A stretch of DNA of 64,000 nt from Lama guanicoe (lineage: Eukaryota), in assembly GCA_013239625.1 (NCBI GenBank), contig MU053482.1:471168-535167 (forward strand). The letters run 5' to 3'. The translations under genes and the position numbers were made by a program. The notes beneath the pieces were generated by a model, which was not told the origin of the DNA, made no database searches, and was given only the letters and a program-made list of their open reading frames with translations. Shown here piece after piece: positions 24,871-41,034 of this stretch; position 1 is the first letter of the stretch; each line of letters opens with the position of its first letter.

Positions 24871-27800
24871 TTTCCTATCCAGTGTGATGAGTGCTAAACA
24901 CAGCCTGTCGGGGGCCAAGGGTCTCCACACAGAAAGCTGTTGTTTGAGCTGAATCTTGACTGTTGAACAAGAATTCCCAGGCAGAGGCTGCAGATAACTT
25001 TTCTAGCCTCAGTGAACTCCATGGGCAAAAGCTAGGGGGCAAGACAGAGCAGAGAGTGCCCGGAAGTTGTCCTGAGTTCCATATGGCTGGAGGATAGACG
25101 ATCTCTGTGGGCTTCTGTAGGCTAAAGCATTGGATACAAGTGGAGAACGACAGGATGTAAGATTGGAAAGGTCTGCAAGGGTCAGCCAGGTCATGCAAGG
25201 ATATTTAGGCTCTAATAAAGTATTCTAAGAACAAGAATTTAAAGCCATGTAATGATAAGAGATTGTCCATTTGTTAAGTGTCATCTTGGATGCTTTGTGA
25301 AGAGCAGGTGGCCATGTGAAGAGAGGCAATTGCCTAGTCCATCCCAGAAGTGATGATGGACTAGAATGGGGGTGGGTAAAAAAAGAAAGAAGTGATCAAA
25401 TTCCTGAAATCTTTAGGATAAAGAATTGGTGAGACTTGGTGTGGGAAGTGAGGAAGGTCAAAGATGATGCCCAGGGCTCTGGCTTGGGCGCTTGGGTAGA
25501 TGGTGGTTCCTTTCACTGAGATGGACAAGACTGAAGGGTGATGAGTTCCACTCGGGACGTGTTAAAGTGACAGTACAGCAATGTGGAAATGTTGAGTAGG
25601 CTGTTGATTATGCAGATTTGGATTTCAGGAGAGAGATCTGACTTGGAGACACAGATTTGGGAGATACTAGCATGTAGATGGATATGAAACAGAGGGCATG
25701 AGAAACCTGCAAGACCAAAAACGAGCAACTGGAGGTTGAAGGAGAAACAGGAAAATATGACCGTAAGGCTTAGAGATAAGTGAATGTTTCAACAAAGGGG
25801 GAGTGGACAACAGTAGTAGTAAAGGCTGAGAGGTCAAAGAACTTGAGCACTTTAAAAGTAATCACTGAATTTACAATTGATGATAGAGCTGATGATCTCT
25901 GAGGGCTGTTTCAGAGGAAAACAGGTTAAGAAACCAGACTACACTTGGTTTCTTCATTTAAAGGACTACATGCAACATCTGTGCTGGGTGCTAAGAGTTC
26001 TAGGATCAGACATAATGCTTGCCCTCAAGGCAGTGGCCTTGTGGCAGGTTGAGTGGGAGGTGAGGAAACAAAGCTAACGTAGACATGTTCTTTAAGGTGG
26101 GCTGAGACAGGAAGGCAAGAAAAGCAGTGGTGATGTTGATCAGGATGGTGGAATTTAGTTTTTTTTATTTAAAAATTTTATTTTGTAAGGTTGGGACAGT
26201 TTAGTTAAGGATCACCTGTCATCTTCATCCAGGCTTCACTGGTTCCCATTAGGCTCTACACTATTTCTCCATAATTCAGTCACTTGTTCCATTTTTCATA
26301 CAATTCTTCAAAGGGTGCTGTGATAGACAGTGAGCACAGTTACTATTCTGTTGGTGGAGTTATAAAGGCGTAGGTGACACTGTCCAGTGAGCCTGACATC
26401 TAAGGAGACTGCTGCGAAAAGGTGAAGGGGTGGCATTAGTGAAACTAGTGCTGGTTTGAGGGGATAGGCTTTCGGGGCCCAACTGGCTAAATGCTGGATA
26501 TGAAGTGGGGGTGAATTTCCTCCTGGCCTTTTTGGGATTAAAATTCAGGCTCTGGGGTGACCAGCAGCTGGACAGTAGGCAGAACCTTTGTGCCCATACT
26601 TTTGCCCTCAGGCTCTGGCCGGCTCTGGGGCTACAGACTGCCAGAGGCTGATAAACTGGGGCACAAATTAAAGAGCTGGGATGCAAAACTGACTGATAAG
26701 CAGGGGGTGGTAATTGCTTTAGGGAGAGGGAGGGGAATACCCACCTCCAGAAAAGCTTTTGGCTATCTGAGTGAGCAGAGGGCAGCTGTGGCGGGAAGTC
26801 AGTAAGTTAAAGGCCACGCCCACCACCCACACTGGCTGTGGGGACATCTGGGTGGCTAGTAGTGGCCATACCCCTGAGCAGCCCGAGGCCCCGCCTAGAG
26901 CCCCCACACGGGAAGTGACCGCAGCACTAAGGCATCCGGAGGCTGCCGGCCCAGACCATGGACCGCCCTCCTGCCCCGCCCCTTGGACCTGCAGCCAGAA
27001 CTGGAGGGAATTTCCTTTTATGGCCCCAGGCTGTCAGGCAGGCCTAGCTTCCAGCCAATTTTTTTTTTTCTGGTACACTTTTACTTTGTGAAATACAAGT
27101 TCTTGGGAAAAGAAGAGAGTCAGGTACAGCTTTCTTCCTAAAGAAGCCATTCTCATTTTCTTCTGTTTGCCGTGTCCATGATTGCTTGAGCAGAGGAATC
27201 CTGTCTTATGTGGTGGTGTCTGCCTCATCACTAATGACTCACCAACAGCACTTCTCCTTTTCATTATAAACTCTTCCAAAATGTCATTTTAACTCCATTC
27301 CCTTTTTAGATCTTAATTTCAGTACCAGAACCGGTCAGTAAGCTTGCTCCCTCTCTCATGAGTTGTCTTTCCTTCTCAAAGATACCCTTCCTTCCCATTA
27401 ACATGCACTGAACACCTTCTGTCAGTCCTTTCTTTCAAGAAGCTTACAGTCTCATAGACAAGACAGCTCACTAACAGATTTTTATAATGCAGTGTGACAA
27501 AAACTCTAATAGGGGGAGGTACAAGATGCAGTAGAAAACAGAAAGGACCAACAGATGTTGCAAAAGGGATGCAGAGGAAACCAGATGACAAATGCTACCC
27601 TTTAATGAGACAGGCAAGCTAGGGAAGAAAGGCTAGTGGGAGATGGTGATGCAGGCAATGAATCATACAGATTTGCTGGGATTTCAGGTGGTGGTTGGCT
27701 GGGTTTAAAGCTTGGGGGAAGGTCTGAATTGGACAGCTTTGGGAGTTGCTGGCATGAATGAGAATCAAAGTCCTAGAGAGGTAAGGTTTCCCAGGGAGAG

Positions 27801-30460
27801 TATGCAGAGTGACTATCAGTTTTTCTCATATCAAAGCCTTTGCCCCATCCCACCTCCAGATCAATGACCATTGCCCCTTCCTCAAAGGGACGATCATGGC
27901 TTCTCCCCCTTGCACTGGGCCTGCCGAGAAGGACGCTCTGCTGTGGTTGAGATGCTGATCATGCGGGGGGCACGAATCAATGTGATGAACCGTGGGGATG
28001 ACACCCCCCTGCACCTGGCAGCCAGTCACGGACACCGTGATATTGTACAGAAGGTATGTATGAACCTCTGCCTTTCACCTACTTGATATACACTCCTGGA
28101 AGTCAGTCACAGGCACTATAATGTATTATAGAAAGTGTGTGTACTCTTCTCGCTCCTCGTGTGCCTCAACACGTCTCTCATTTGGGACTGACTGTGCCTT
28201 CTGTCTCTTTCTGTTTGGCCACGGGGACCAGCTGCTGCAGTACAAAGCTGACATCAATGCAGTGAATGAGCATGGGAATGTGCCCCTGCACTATGCTTGT
28301 TTCTGGGGTCAAGATCAGGTGGCAGAGGTGAGTAGTCAGACCTAGAGCCCTGGGATGGGTGGGAAGCAAAGTCTGATCTTGAACGGGAGATCCTGGAACC
28401 CTCAACCCATCCTGTGAGTCCTGCCCCGTGTATGTCACTCACAGGGTCTGTACTACATCTGCGTTAATGGCTGGTTGTGACAGTCCTCATCACAGCCACC
28501 TTTTAATTCCAGGACCTGGTGGCAAATGGGGCCCTTGTCAGCATCTGTAACAAGTATGGAGAGATGCCTGTGGACAAAGCCAAGGCACCCCTGAGAGAGC
28601 TTCTCCGAGGTCTGTCCCCACCCACCGCTTGTGTCCTCTCATCTTGTCCCCACCTATCCCCTCCCACCACCACACCACAGGTGAGGCCAAGGCTGTTTGT
28701 CTTTGTTTCCCTAGAGCGGGCAGAGAAGATGGGCCAGAATCTGAACCGTATTCCATACAAGGACACATTCTGGAAGGGGACCACCCGCACTCGGCCCCGT
28801 GAGTCAGTTGTGAGGGGAGGGGTGGTAACAGGGAATAATCCTGGGCTCCTGGGGCTGGGTTAGAGGGAAGCTGGGTACCTGACCTGCCCACACTCTCAGG
28901 AAATGGGACTCTGAACAAACACTCCGGCATTGACTTCAAACAGCTCAACTTCCTGGCGAAGCTCAACGAGAATCACTCTGGAGAGGTGACCCCTGCCTTT
29001 TTGTCCCCCCACCCTTCCACCCCCACATATAACCTGCTCAGCACCTGTTTTAAGTTTCTCCTCCAGTCAGTGGGCAAGAAAGCAATGGCCTTAGTTAAAG
29101 CCTCTTAACCCTTACCTGTCCCTCAGCTATGGAAGGGCCGCTGGCAGGGCAATGACATCGTCGTGAAGATGCTGAAGGTTCGAGACTGGAGTACAAGGAA
29201 GAGCAGGGACTTCAACGAGGAGTGTCCCCGGCTCAGGTGGGGCAAGGCCTAAACTGGAGGCCTTGGTTCCAAAGAACCCTGCCCAGCATCCAGGTGAAGA
29301 TCTTTTAAGCTGGGTCTCAGCCTGGACTGCTCTCTCCCTCTTTCAGGATTTTCTCACACCCGAACGTGCTCCCAGTGCTAGGTGCCTGCCAGTCTCCACC
29401 TGCTCCTCACCCCACCCTCATCACACACTGGATGCCATATGGATCCCTGTACAATGTGCTACACGAAGGCACCAGTGAGTAGGGGATGCCAGATTGCACT
29501 GTGGTAAGGGAAGGGGAGAAGAGGTGTGTGAGGCTCTCCAAATTATTTAATTCTTGCCGCCTCTCTTAGATTTTGTTGTGGACCAGAGCCAGGCTGTGAA
29601 GTTTGCACTGGACATGGCAAGGGGCATGGCCTTCCTGCACACACTAGAGCCCCTCATCCCACGACATGCACTTAACAGTCGTAGTGTAATGGTGAGGTCA
29701 CAACTTCACTCCTGGCCCAGGTCCCCAGAAGCCCTTGCCCTATCTAGGACAGGACTTACCTCTTTTGACACAACTGTCTTCTCTTCCTCAGATTGATGAG
29801 GACATGACTGCGCGAATCAGTATGGCCGACGTCAAGTTCTCCTTCCAGTGCCCCGGGCGCATGTATGCACCTGCCTGGGTGGCCCCTGAAGGTGAGTGAG
29901 GGCGTTATGTTGGGAGCAGAGAAGGGACAGCTCAGTAGTAATGGAAGGGGGCAGAGACAGGCCAGGCAACTGAAACAGGTAAGTCCTGTCCCTCCAGCTC
30001 TGCAAAAGAAGCCTGAAGACACAAACAGACGCTCAGCAGATATGTGGAGTTTTGCAGTGCTTCTGTGGGAACTGGTGACACGGGAGGTACCCTTTGCTGA
30101 CCTCTCCAACATGGAAATTGGAATGAAGGTGAGAGCACAACTGGGTGTACTCACGTTGGGGGAATGGTGCTGGTAATGATGGTAACTGTAGTGGAGCCAG
30201 ATCTTCCCACATTTGTTCAAATATACAGAATCCTGTCCTGAGGCCTAGAGGCTTTTGCCCACAGGAGACTCAAGTTCTGAGACCCACCTTGTGTTTCTTT
30301 GTGTTTGCAGGTGGCACTGGAAGGCCTCCGGCCTACCATCCCACCAGGCATTTCCCCCCACGTATGTAAGCTTATGAAGATCTGCATGAATGAAGACCCT
30401 GCTAAGCGGCCCAAGTTTGACATGATTGTGCCCATCTTGGAGAAGATGCAGGACAAGTAG
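24694..30460 (+). CDS. ILK: Integrin-linked kinase (ankyrin repeats plus pseudokinase), 452 aa. Coding exons: 24694-24782, 27888-28053, 28232-28327, 28513-28609, 28715-28798, 28900-28985, 29127-29236, 29347-29474, 29570-29691, 29792-29891, 29998-30128, 30311-30460
   Basis: [45 protein letters not shown]...[14 protein letters not shown]...[11 protein letters not shown]...ILEKMQDK*. 1359 nt, GT-AG introns. DVK replaces DFG and HRD is absent, as known for ILK. Confidence 0.99.
25300..25900 (-). mobile_element. LINE-2 fragment in ILK intron. Further L2 pieces at about 9190-9560, 15330-15710, 17300-18400, 33400-34520, 55850-57000 and 61450-63730
   Basis: gtcaaagatgatgcccagggctctggcttggg...caggagagagatctgacttggagacacagatttggg, typical of L2. 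Confidence 0.6.
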
Positions 30461-30702
30461 GGGTGGAAAGTCCTTTGCCTAAACTCCAGAGGTGTCAGGA
30501 CACGGTTCGGGGAGTGCACCTCCCCAAAGCAGCGGGCCTCTGGTTGCCTCCCCTGCCTCCAGTCATGGTACTACCCCAGCCATGGGGCCCATCCCCTGTC
30601 CCCATCCCTACCACTGTGGCCCCAAAAGGGAGTGGGCTCAAAGCTTTTGTCACTTGCCACACGGTGTCTCCCAGCATGGGAGGGATCAGCCCTGCCTGTC
30701 AC

Positions 30703-30708
30703 AATAAA
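30703..30708 (+). terminator. ILK polyadenylation signal AATAAA
   Basis: First AATAAA after the ILK stop, about 240 nt downstream. Confidence 0.8.
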
Positions 30709-30709
30709 G

Positions 30710-30715
30710 TTTATT
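30710..30715 (-). terminator. TAF10 polyadenylation signal AATAAA
   Basis: TTTATT on the + strand, about 60 nt past the TAF10 stop. Confidence 0.8.
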
Positions 30716-30773
30716 ATGAAAACAGGCTGGTGTGGGGACAAGGGGACAGACAAGTACATTTAGGCTGGGTGGC

Positions 30774-32086
30774 TCAGGTGAAGTAGTGCGGCTTCTTCAC
30801 ATTGATGCCATACTCGCTGAGGGCAGGGGTCAAGTCCTCCATGGTTAGAGTGTACTTGCGGTCCTGAGGGAAGAGGGAAGAGCACCAGCTGAACACAGAA
30901 ATTCCAGATTCCAGTCCCAGGTGGGTGGCCCTGAGTAGGTCTTTCACCTCCCCTAGGGCTTAGTTTCCCTCAAAGGGGTTTCAGGGTAAATTAAGCCTCT
31001 GCTGCTGTAGGAGGTAATTACTGATTCAGTGAACCGCCCCTCACACCTTGCTCTTGCTTCGGGAGCTGCCAGAGGCTGTGCCCTTCATTTTGCAGTGCTG
31101 TAGGGCATCGTTGGCAATATCTGAGATGAATTTCTGGGCAGCTAGGGAGATGAGCCGAATTCTAGAGAGAAAAAAAATGGTATGAGAAGGAGATGGGACA
31201 ACAAATTCCACACAAGCACCCAAGGCTCTAACCTGCCCAGAGATTACTCACATGCGTGGGTCCGAGGCCTCAAAGCCAGCACGGTTCAGGTAGTAACCAG
31301 TCACTGCATCAGGGATCTGAGAAATCAATTAGACGACTGTCAGTGTTAGCCCTGTGCACTGCTGGGCTGAGAGTGGGAGGGTAAGGGAAACAGAGAACAG
31401 GCCTGGCTATCAGGAAGCTCCCAGTTCGGGTGGGCAGAAGACATAAATCGTAAGAGCCAGTAGGGGAGAAATACAAGAAGAGGAGGCAGCAAATCCAGGT
31501 GGCGTGGCAGAAGTTGGCGTGACAGAAACCTAATAGCCTTGTTCAGGCGGGAAGCCCACCGTAGGCGTGTAATCCTCCAGCTGCATCAGGAAGTCCACTA
31601 GAGGCGTGCTGGATACCACCGGCTTCACGTCTCCGTTGGCCGCGCTTGGCAGCACGTAAACCCCGTTAGACATGGCACCTTCCGGGGGCGCCGCGCCGCC
31701 CGCCGACACCGGAGCTGGAGGAGAACCAGCAAACTGAGACACGGAGATGGGAGGCGCAGGGGCCCAGCTAGGTCTGCCTTATACCCTCTGCCCTCACACG
31801 CCGCTGGGCCAAGCCCAAGGCGCTGCCCTCGCCCTCACCCGTCCCGGCGCTCACCCGCCCCGCGCCGCTCGGCCGGCTCACCGGCCCGCGCCGCCACAGG
31901 TCCCGTGCCCCCTGCCGCGGCTCCAGTTCCAGGCCCCCCTGCTGTCCCCGCGGGGCTGGCCTTGTTCTCCGCAGCGGTGCCGGCGGGCAGCGCAGCGGGG
32001 GCTGAGACCGCGGGCGCCGGGCCTGGGGCCGAGGCGGCGGAGGCCGGCGCCGCCTCGGGGTCCGCGCCGGAGCCGCTGCAGCTCAT
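30774..32086 (-). CDS. TAF10: TATA-binding protein-associated factor 10, 218 aa. Exons: 31855-32086, 31560-31714, 31252-31316, 31047-31161, 30774-30863
   Basis: [22 protein letters not shown]...[60 protein letters not shown]...[26 protein letters not shown]. 657 nt, GT-AG introns. Confidence 0.99.
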
Positions 32087-32420
32087 CGGGCCGGTGGGAG
32101 AGGCGGCGAACAGAGCCGCTTCCGCTTCCGCTCACGTTACGCACACACCAGGGGTGACGTCACAGCCCTGCGACTCGCCCCTCCCACGCCATGTTCGCTC
32201 CTCCTTTAGGCCTCCCGCCTCTTTTCGCTGCCTATCAGCCCGCTAGATGACAAAGGCCCAAGGGCGGAGACCGAGCGTAGGACAATCGCGGTAGCGCGGA
32301 CATTTCACCTCCCACCCCGCCGTACTGAGGCGGTTCCGCTGGGCTGGGGGCCCATGAATGTCGAGGACTCTATTCTGCGAGTCTGGGACCCCCTCACCCA
32401 GCCTGACGCCTAAAGTCCCT
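31600..32420 (-). promoter_or_regulatory. TAF10 CpG-island promoter with palindromic CRE (GTGACGTCAC 32154-32163), tandem ETS-like CGGAAG sites (about 32117-32130) and YY1-like CGCCATGTT (32187-32195)
   Basis: CpG-dense region over TAF10 exons 1-2 and upstream; motifs read directly from the sequence. Confidence 0.75.
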
Positions 32421-32608
32421 GCTTTGGAGCTCCTCGCCCTGACACCTCTCCAACACTGGTTGCCTGTTAATCTGCATCCTTTCTAGTTCCCTTATTCAGC
32501 CTGTTAAGGGTTTGTAGTAGAATTGGAAAGCTCCTCTCCCCGCCAGCTGCACAAAGTGAGGGCATCAGAAGAGCTCGCACAGTGCTGCTGTAGATGGGAA
32601 GGGAGGTA

Positions 32609-32919
32609 CAGTCCACCCTCTGTGTAGGTGGCGAGGAGTGGGCAGGAATGGTTCTAGGACCGCGCTGGATACCCAAATCTGCGGATTGGATGCTCAAGTC
32701 CCTTATATAAAATGGCATAGTATTTGCACTGCATACTTTAAATCATCTCTAGATTACCTATAATACCTAATACAATGTAAACGCTATGTAAATAGTTGCT
32801 GGTGGGTGGTAAATTTGTTTCTCTTAACTTTTCGGGTTTTTTTTTTTCCCCTAAATATCTTCAGTTCGTGATTGGTTGAATCAGTGGATATGCACCCTGA
32901 GGATACAGACAGCTGACTG
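32609..32919. mobile_element. MER2-like Tigger (TcMar) non-autonomous DNA transposon
   Basis: TA|CAGTC...GACTG termini; internal gatgctcaagtcccttatataaaatggcatagtatttgca and ctttaaatcatctctagattac. Confidence 0.8.
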
Positions 32920-32989
32920 TCAGCCTGAATAAACAGCATATGCAAAATTCACATCTAGTGAAAGAGTGGGGTTTTCAATGCAGCAAACA

Positions 32990-32995
32990 TTTATT
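32990..32995 (-). terminator. Candidate TPP1 polyadenylation signal (alternative at 33226-33231)
   Basis: TTTATT about 1.8 kb past the TPP1 stop, before the TAF10 promoter. Confidence 0.45.
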
Positions 32996-34808
32996 TAATT
33001 CCTATTTGCCAGTCCTGAGCTAGGGCCTCTGAATGCAGAGTTCTAGTAGGACAAGATTCTAGTCCTCTAGGCACCAACGGTCTTGGAAAGGAAGGCAAAC
33101 AGGTAAACTGGCAATTTTGACAATATGTGGGAGTTACAATACTGGAGGTAGACACAAAGTGTGCAGGCAAGGGAGGAATGGAACTAACGGCTGCTGCCTA
33201 CTTCTGAGTCAGGCATTCTATCAATTTTATTCCATTTAATGATTCCCTTAATATTATGAGAGGCAGGTATCAATATCCTCACTTAACAGGTGAGGGAAAA
33301 GGCTCAGGGAGATGAATTTACTTGTCCAGGGCTCTTTCCCAGTCTTTATGAGAACCAAGAATCAAACTGATTTGGCTTCAAAAATCCAGAATTTTTCTGC
33401 CATACTGAAATCAGCTAGCTTCAGGGAGCCAAAAGGTTCACAAGAAAAGGTGATTTCTGAGCTGAGTCTTGAAAGAATCCTGGAAATCAGCCAGGCAAAG
33501 GGAGCCAGGGAGAGTGTTAAGGGCACAGAACAGCTTGAGCAAAAGTGAAAATGTGTGTGGGGAGAGCAGGGAAGCATAAACAATTTGTTACTCAGGAACA
33601 AAAAGCAAGGAAGGGATTAGGTTTATGAGTCAATAAAAAGCCCAAACCAGATCCAGTAATCTTTGAAGAATCTTGATCAAGTAAATGACCTCATGGAATT
33701 TGCATCTTACTCTGGTAGGTGGTTTAGGGAAGGATGGGAAGTAAGGACACATCTCCAAAGGGCCTTCACAATTCAGAAGAAACAGAATATGAGTCAAAGC
33801 TAATGTAGCAATAGAGGTGGAGAGAAACAGATGGGTTCTAGATATATGTGGGAAATATAATTGGCAAGACTTGTGGATTGATAAAGATATACTGAAGAGG
33901 TCAAGTCAGTAGGACTTGTTGATTGAAGGTGATGATGGAAGGAGGTGAAGGAAATGGGAATCTAGGATGGCACTTTAGGTTTCTGGCTTGGTTGGAAGAA
34001 ACATAGAGAAGAGTTTGGGACTGGGAAGAAGAAAGATGAAGTATTGAGCATCACACATCTTGCTTTTAAGGTATTAATCACTGTTGAACAGAAAGTCTGA
34101 TTTTAGTGAGATGGTGATGGCTGTGGATGCCAGTGATTGATTTGTTCCAACAGACAATGAGTAGAGTGAGAAGAGCAAAAGACTAAGGATGGAGCAATGA
34201 AATACACCAACATTCAATAAGGAAGCAGAGAAAGAGAAGGAGGAAAGAGGGAATGGGGGAGGAAGAGGAAGTGGCCAGAGAAGTTAAGCCCTGAAGCTAA
34301 GGAAGTCTCGAGAGGGAGTAGGCAACTATGATAGAAAGCCCATAAAGCAAAGATTGGGAAGTGTGCACAGGATGAAGCAGCAGGCAGGCCTTTGTTTCTC
34401 CATGTCAGGAGAGGAAAGAGTGAAAAATCAGAGCAAACCTCACAGCAATGAATTAAGGAGTGAAGATGAAGTGAAATAGTGTACCCAGACAGGGTAGACA
34501 ATCCTTTAGAAAAGCCTGGTTGAAAAGAGAAAGAAGATGGGGGGTGGAGTCTGCAGGGGAGCGTCCCAAACAATGCTGGTTATAGCATCTTGTAGAGGAA
34601 CCTGGGGCAGGAGTAGGGGGACCTGAGTATGATGGGGCAGGCCGGGTTGGCAGTCAAATCAAGCTCAAAGCGTTTCGAGGTTAGGGAGATAAGCTGTCAG
34701 TGGCAGTCAACAGTTGAGAGTTCAACAGGACTTCCAATAGTGCAGAATAAGGAATCGAGCCACCAGCTGTGGGGCAGGGGACAGACCCCCTCTCCTAGCA
34801 GGAAAGGG

Positions 34809-39730
<4,922 letters not shown>

Positions 39731-39752
39731 TCTGCCTTTCTGCAGCTCCGCT

Positions 39753-39773
39753 GTCATGTGATAGGTCACGTGA
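39753..39773. promoter_or_regulatory. Tandem CLEAR/M-box elements (GTCATGTGA, GTCACGTGA) just upstream of the TPP1 ATG
   Basis: Matches the TFEB/TFE3/MITF CLEAR consensus GTCACGTGAC; TPP1 is a lysosomal enzyme. Confidence 0.75.
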
Positions 39774-40593
39774 GCTCCACCACCACCACCGCTCTCGGCC
39801 TAGAAACTAGTGACGGTGCTAGCTCCTCCCTCGAATGGGTGGTTCTGAATGCTGGGTAAGGGGTGGGGCCCGTCAAGCACTGGTTTAACCCAGGGCTCCC
39901 GACCTGCTGCCAGAATCCAGGACTCACCACGGTGAAGGAAGTGCTTAAGAAAGGAGCTCTGGAGGCCCACAGACCCACAGACCCGGGTTCTTACTCTGTA
40001 TGACATAAGGAAAGTCACTTAACGTCTCGGAGCCTAGGTTTCTTCATGTAGAATACGGAGACCATTATGTTAAAAGTGCTCTGCCTTGTAGGGTTGCGGT
40101 GAATATTTACAGAGATAAAAGCAGGCAAACCTCTCAGTAAAGGGCCCCATATGGCAAAGGCTCAACAAATGTGAGTTCTTATAACATGAGGATATATAGT
40201 GGCCCCAAGAAAAACGAATAAACCACTTGGCTGCCCTTGTATCCACCCCAACCTCCTTGAAGAGCCTCAAACCTAGAGCTGGTCATCTCCAAGATCTCTC
40301 CCCACCCTGCCAGTCCTTCTCTAGTTCATTGCCACAAGCCCCTGCTGTCTGCCTTCTCCTGGCCTCCTGTCCATGTTGGAGGGAAAGGGCGACTGCAGAG
40401 AGAAGTGATAGTCAGCCTCAGGCTCGGCCCGGGCTGTCAGTGCCATCCTCACCTACCCCCACCCTAGATGCCCCTATGTCCAGCACCCTCCTGTGCCTCC
40501 TGAGGTGTCCACAATGTGCCAAGTGCCCTCCTGTCACCCCCCCATTCCTATGGCCCCCCACAGAAGAGAGCCGGACACTGGATACAAACTGCA

Positions 40594-40599
40594 GTTTAT
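40594..40599 (-). terminator. Probable DCHS1 polyadenylation signal
   Basis: TTTATT about 435 nt downstream of the DCHS1 stop. Confidence 0.7.
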
Positions 40600-41034
40600 T
40601 AAGGCTCCAGAGTGAGAATTGGCACTTGGTTCTGGGCAGGGGTGTCATCGGAACCCAAAGGAGCTGGGCCCAAACAGATTGGAGGGACTGCCCCCATCCC
40701 CCTACCCCCCAATAAATAAAGTCTCAGCTCCATCTCAGGGTGCTGGCACAGGGCAAGAAGCCTCACTGAGGAGACCCCAGGGCTGCTGCCTCCTTCATCT
40801 TCCTCCCCACATTGGACCTGGCCACAGGGCAGTGCCCAATAGGGCCTCGTGATGCTGGTACTCTGACAGGGCCAGGGTAAGACATGAGACCCGCCCCCGC
40901 TGGAGGACTTTGGGATGGGGAGCTGGCCTCCCCTGTGGCCAGTCGTGGTCTGAGGCTGCCCAGGGCAGGCTCAGATGGGGCCTGCATTGAGGACACTGTG
41001 CGCATCCCAGGTCGGGGCCCAGCCTGGGCCACAG

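Noticed and set aside
23608..24952. Multiple overlapping Pro/Arg/Gly-rich ORFs
   Set aside because: Typical CpG-island artefacts; only RRP8 exon 1 and ILK exon 2 are supported.
28678..28686. Strong cryptic donor CAG|GTGAGG inside the ILK 105-nt intron
   Set aside because: Only 34 nt from the next acceptor, too short for a normal intron.
40711..40720. AATAAATAAA on the + strand in the DCHS1 3' UTR
   Set aside because: Wrong strand for DCHS1 and no supported + strand gene nearby.
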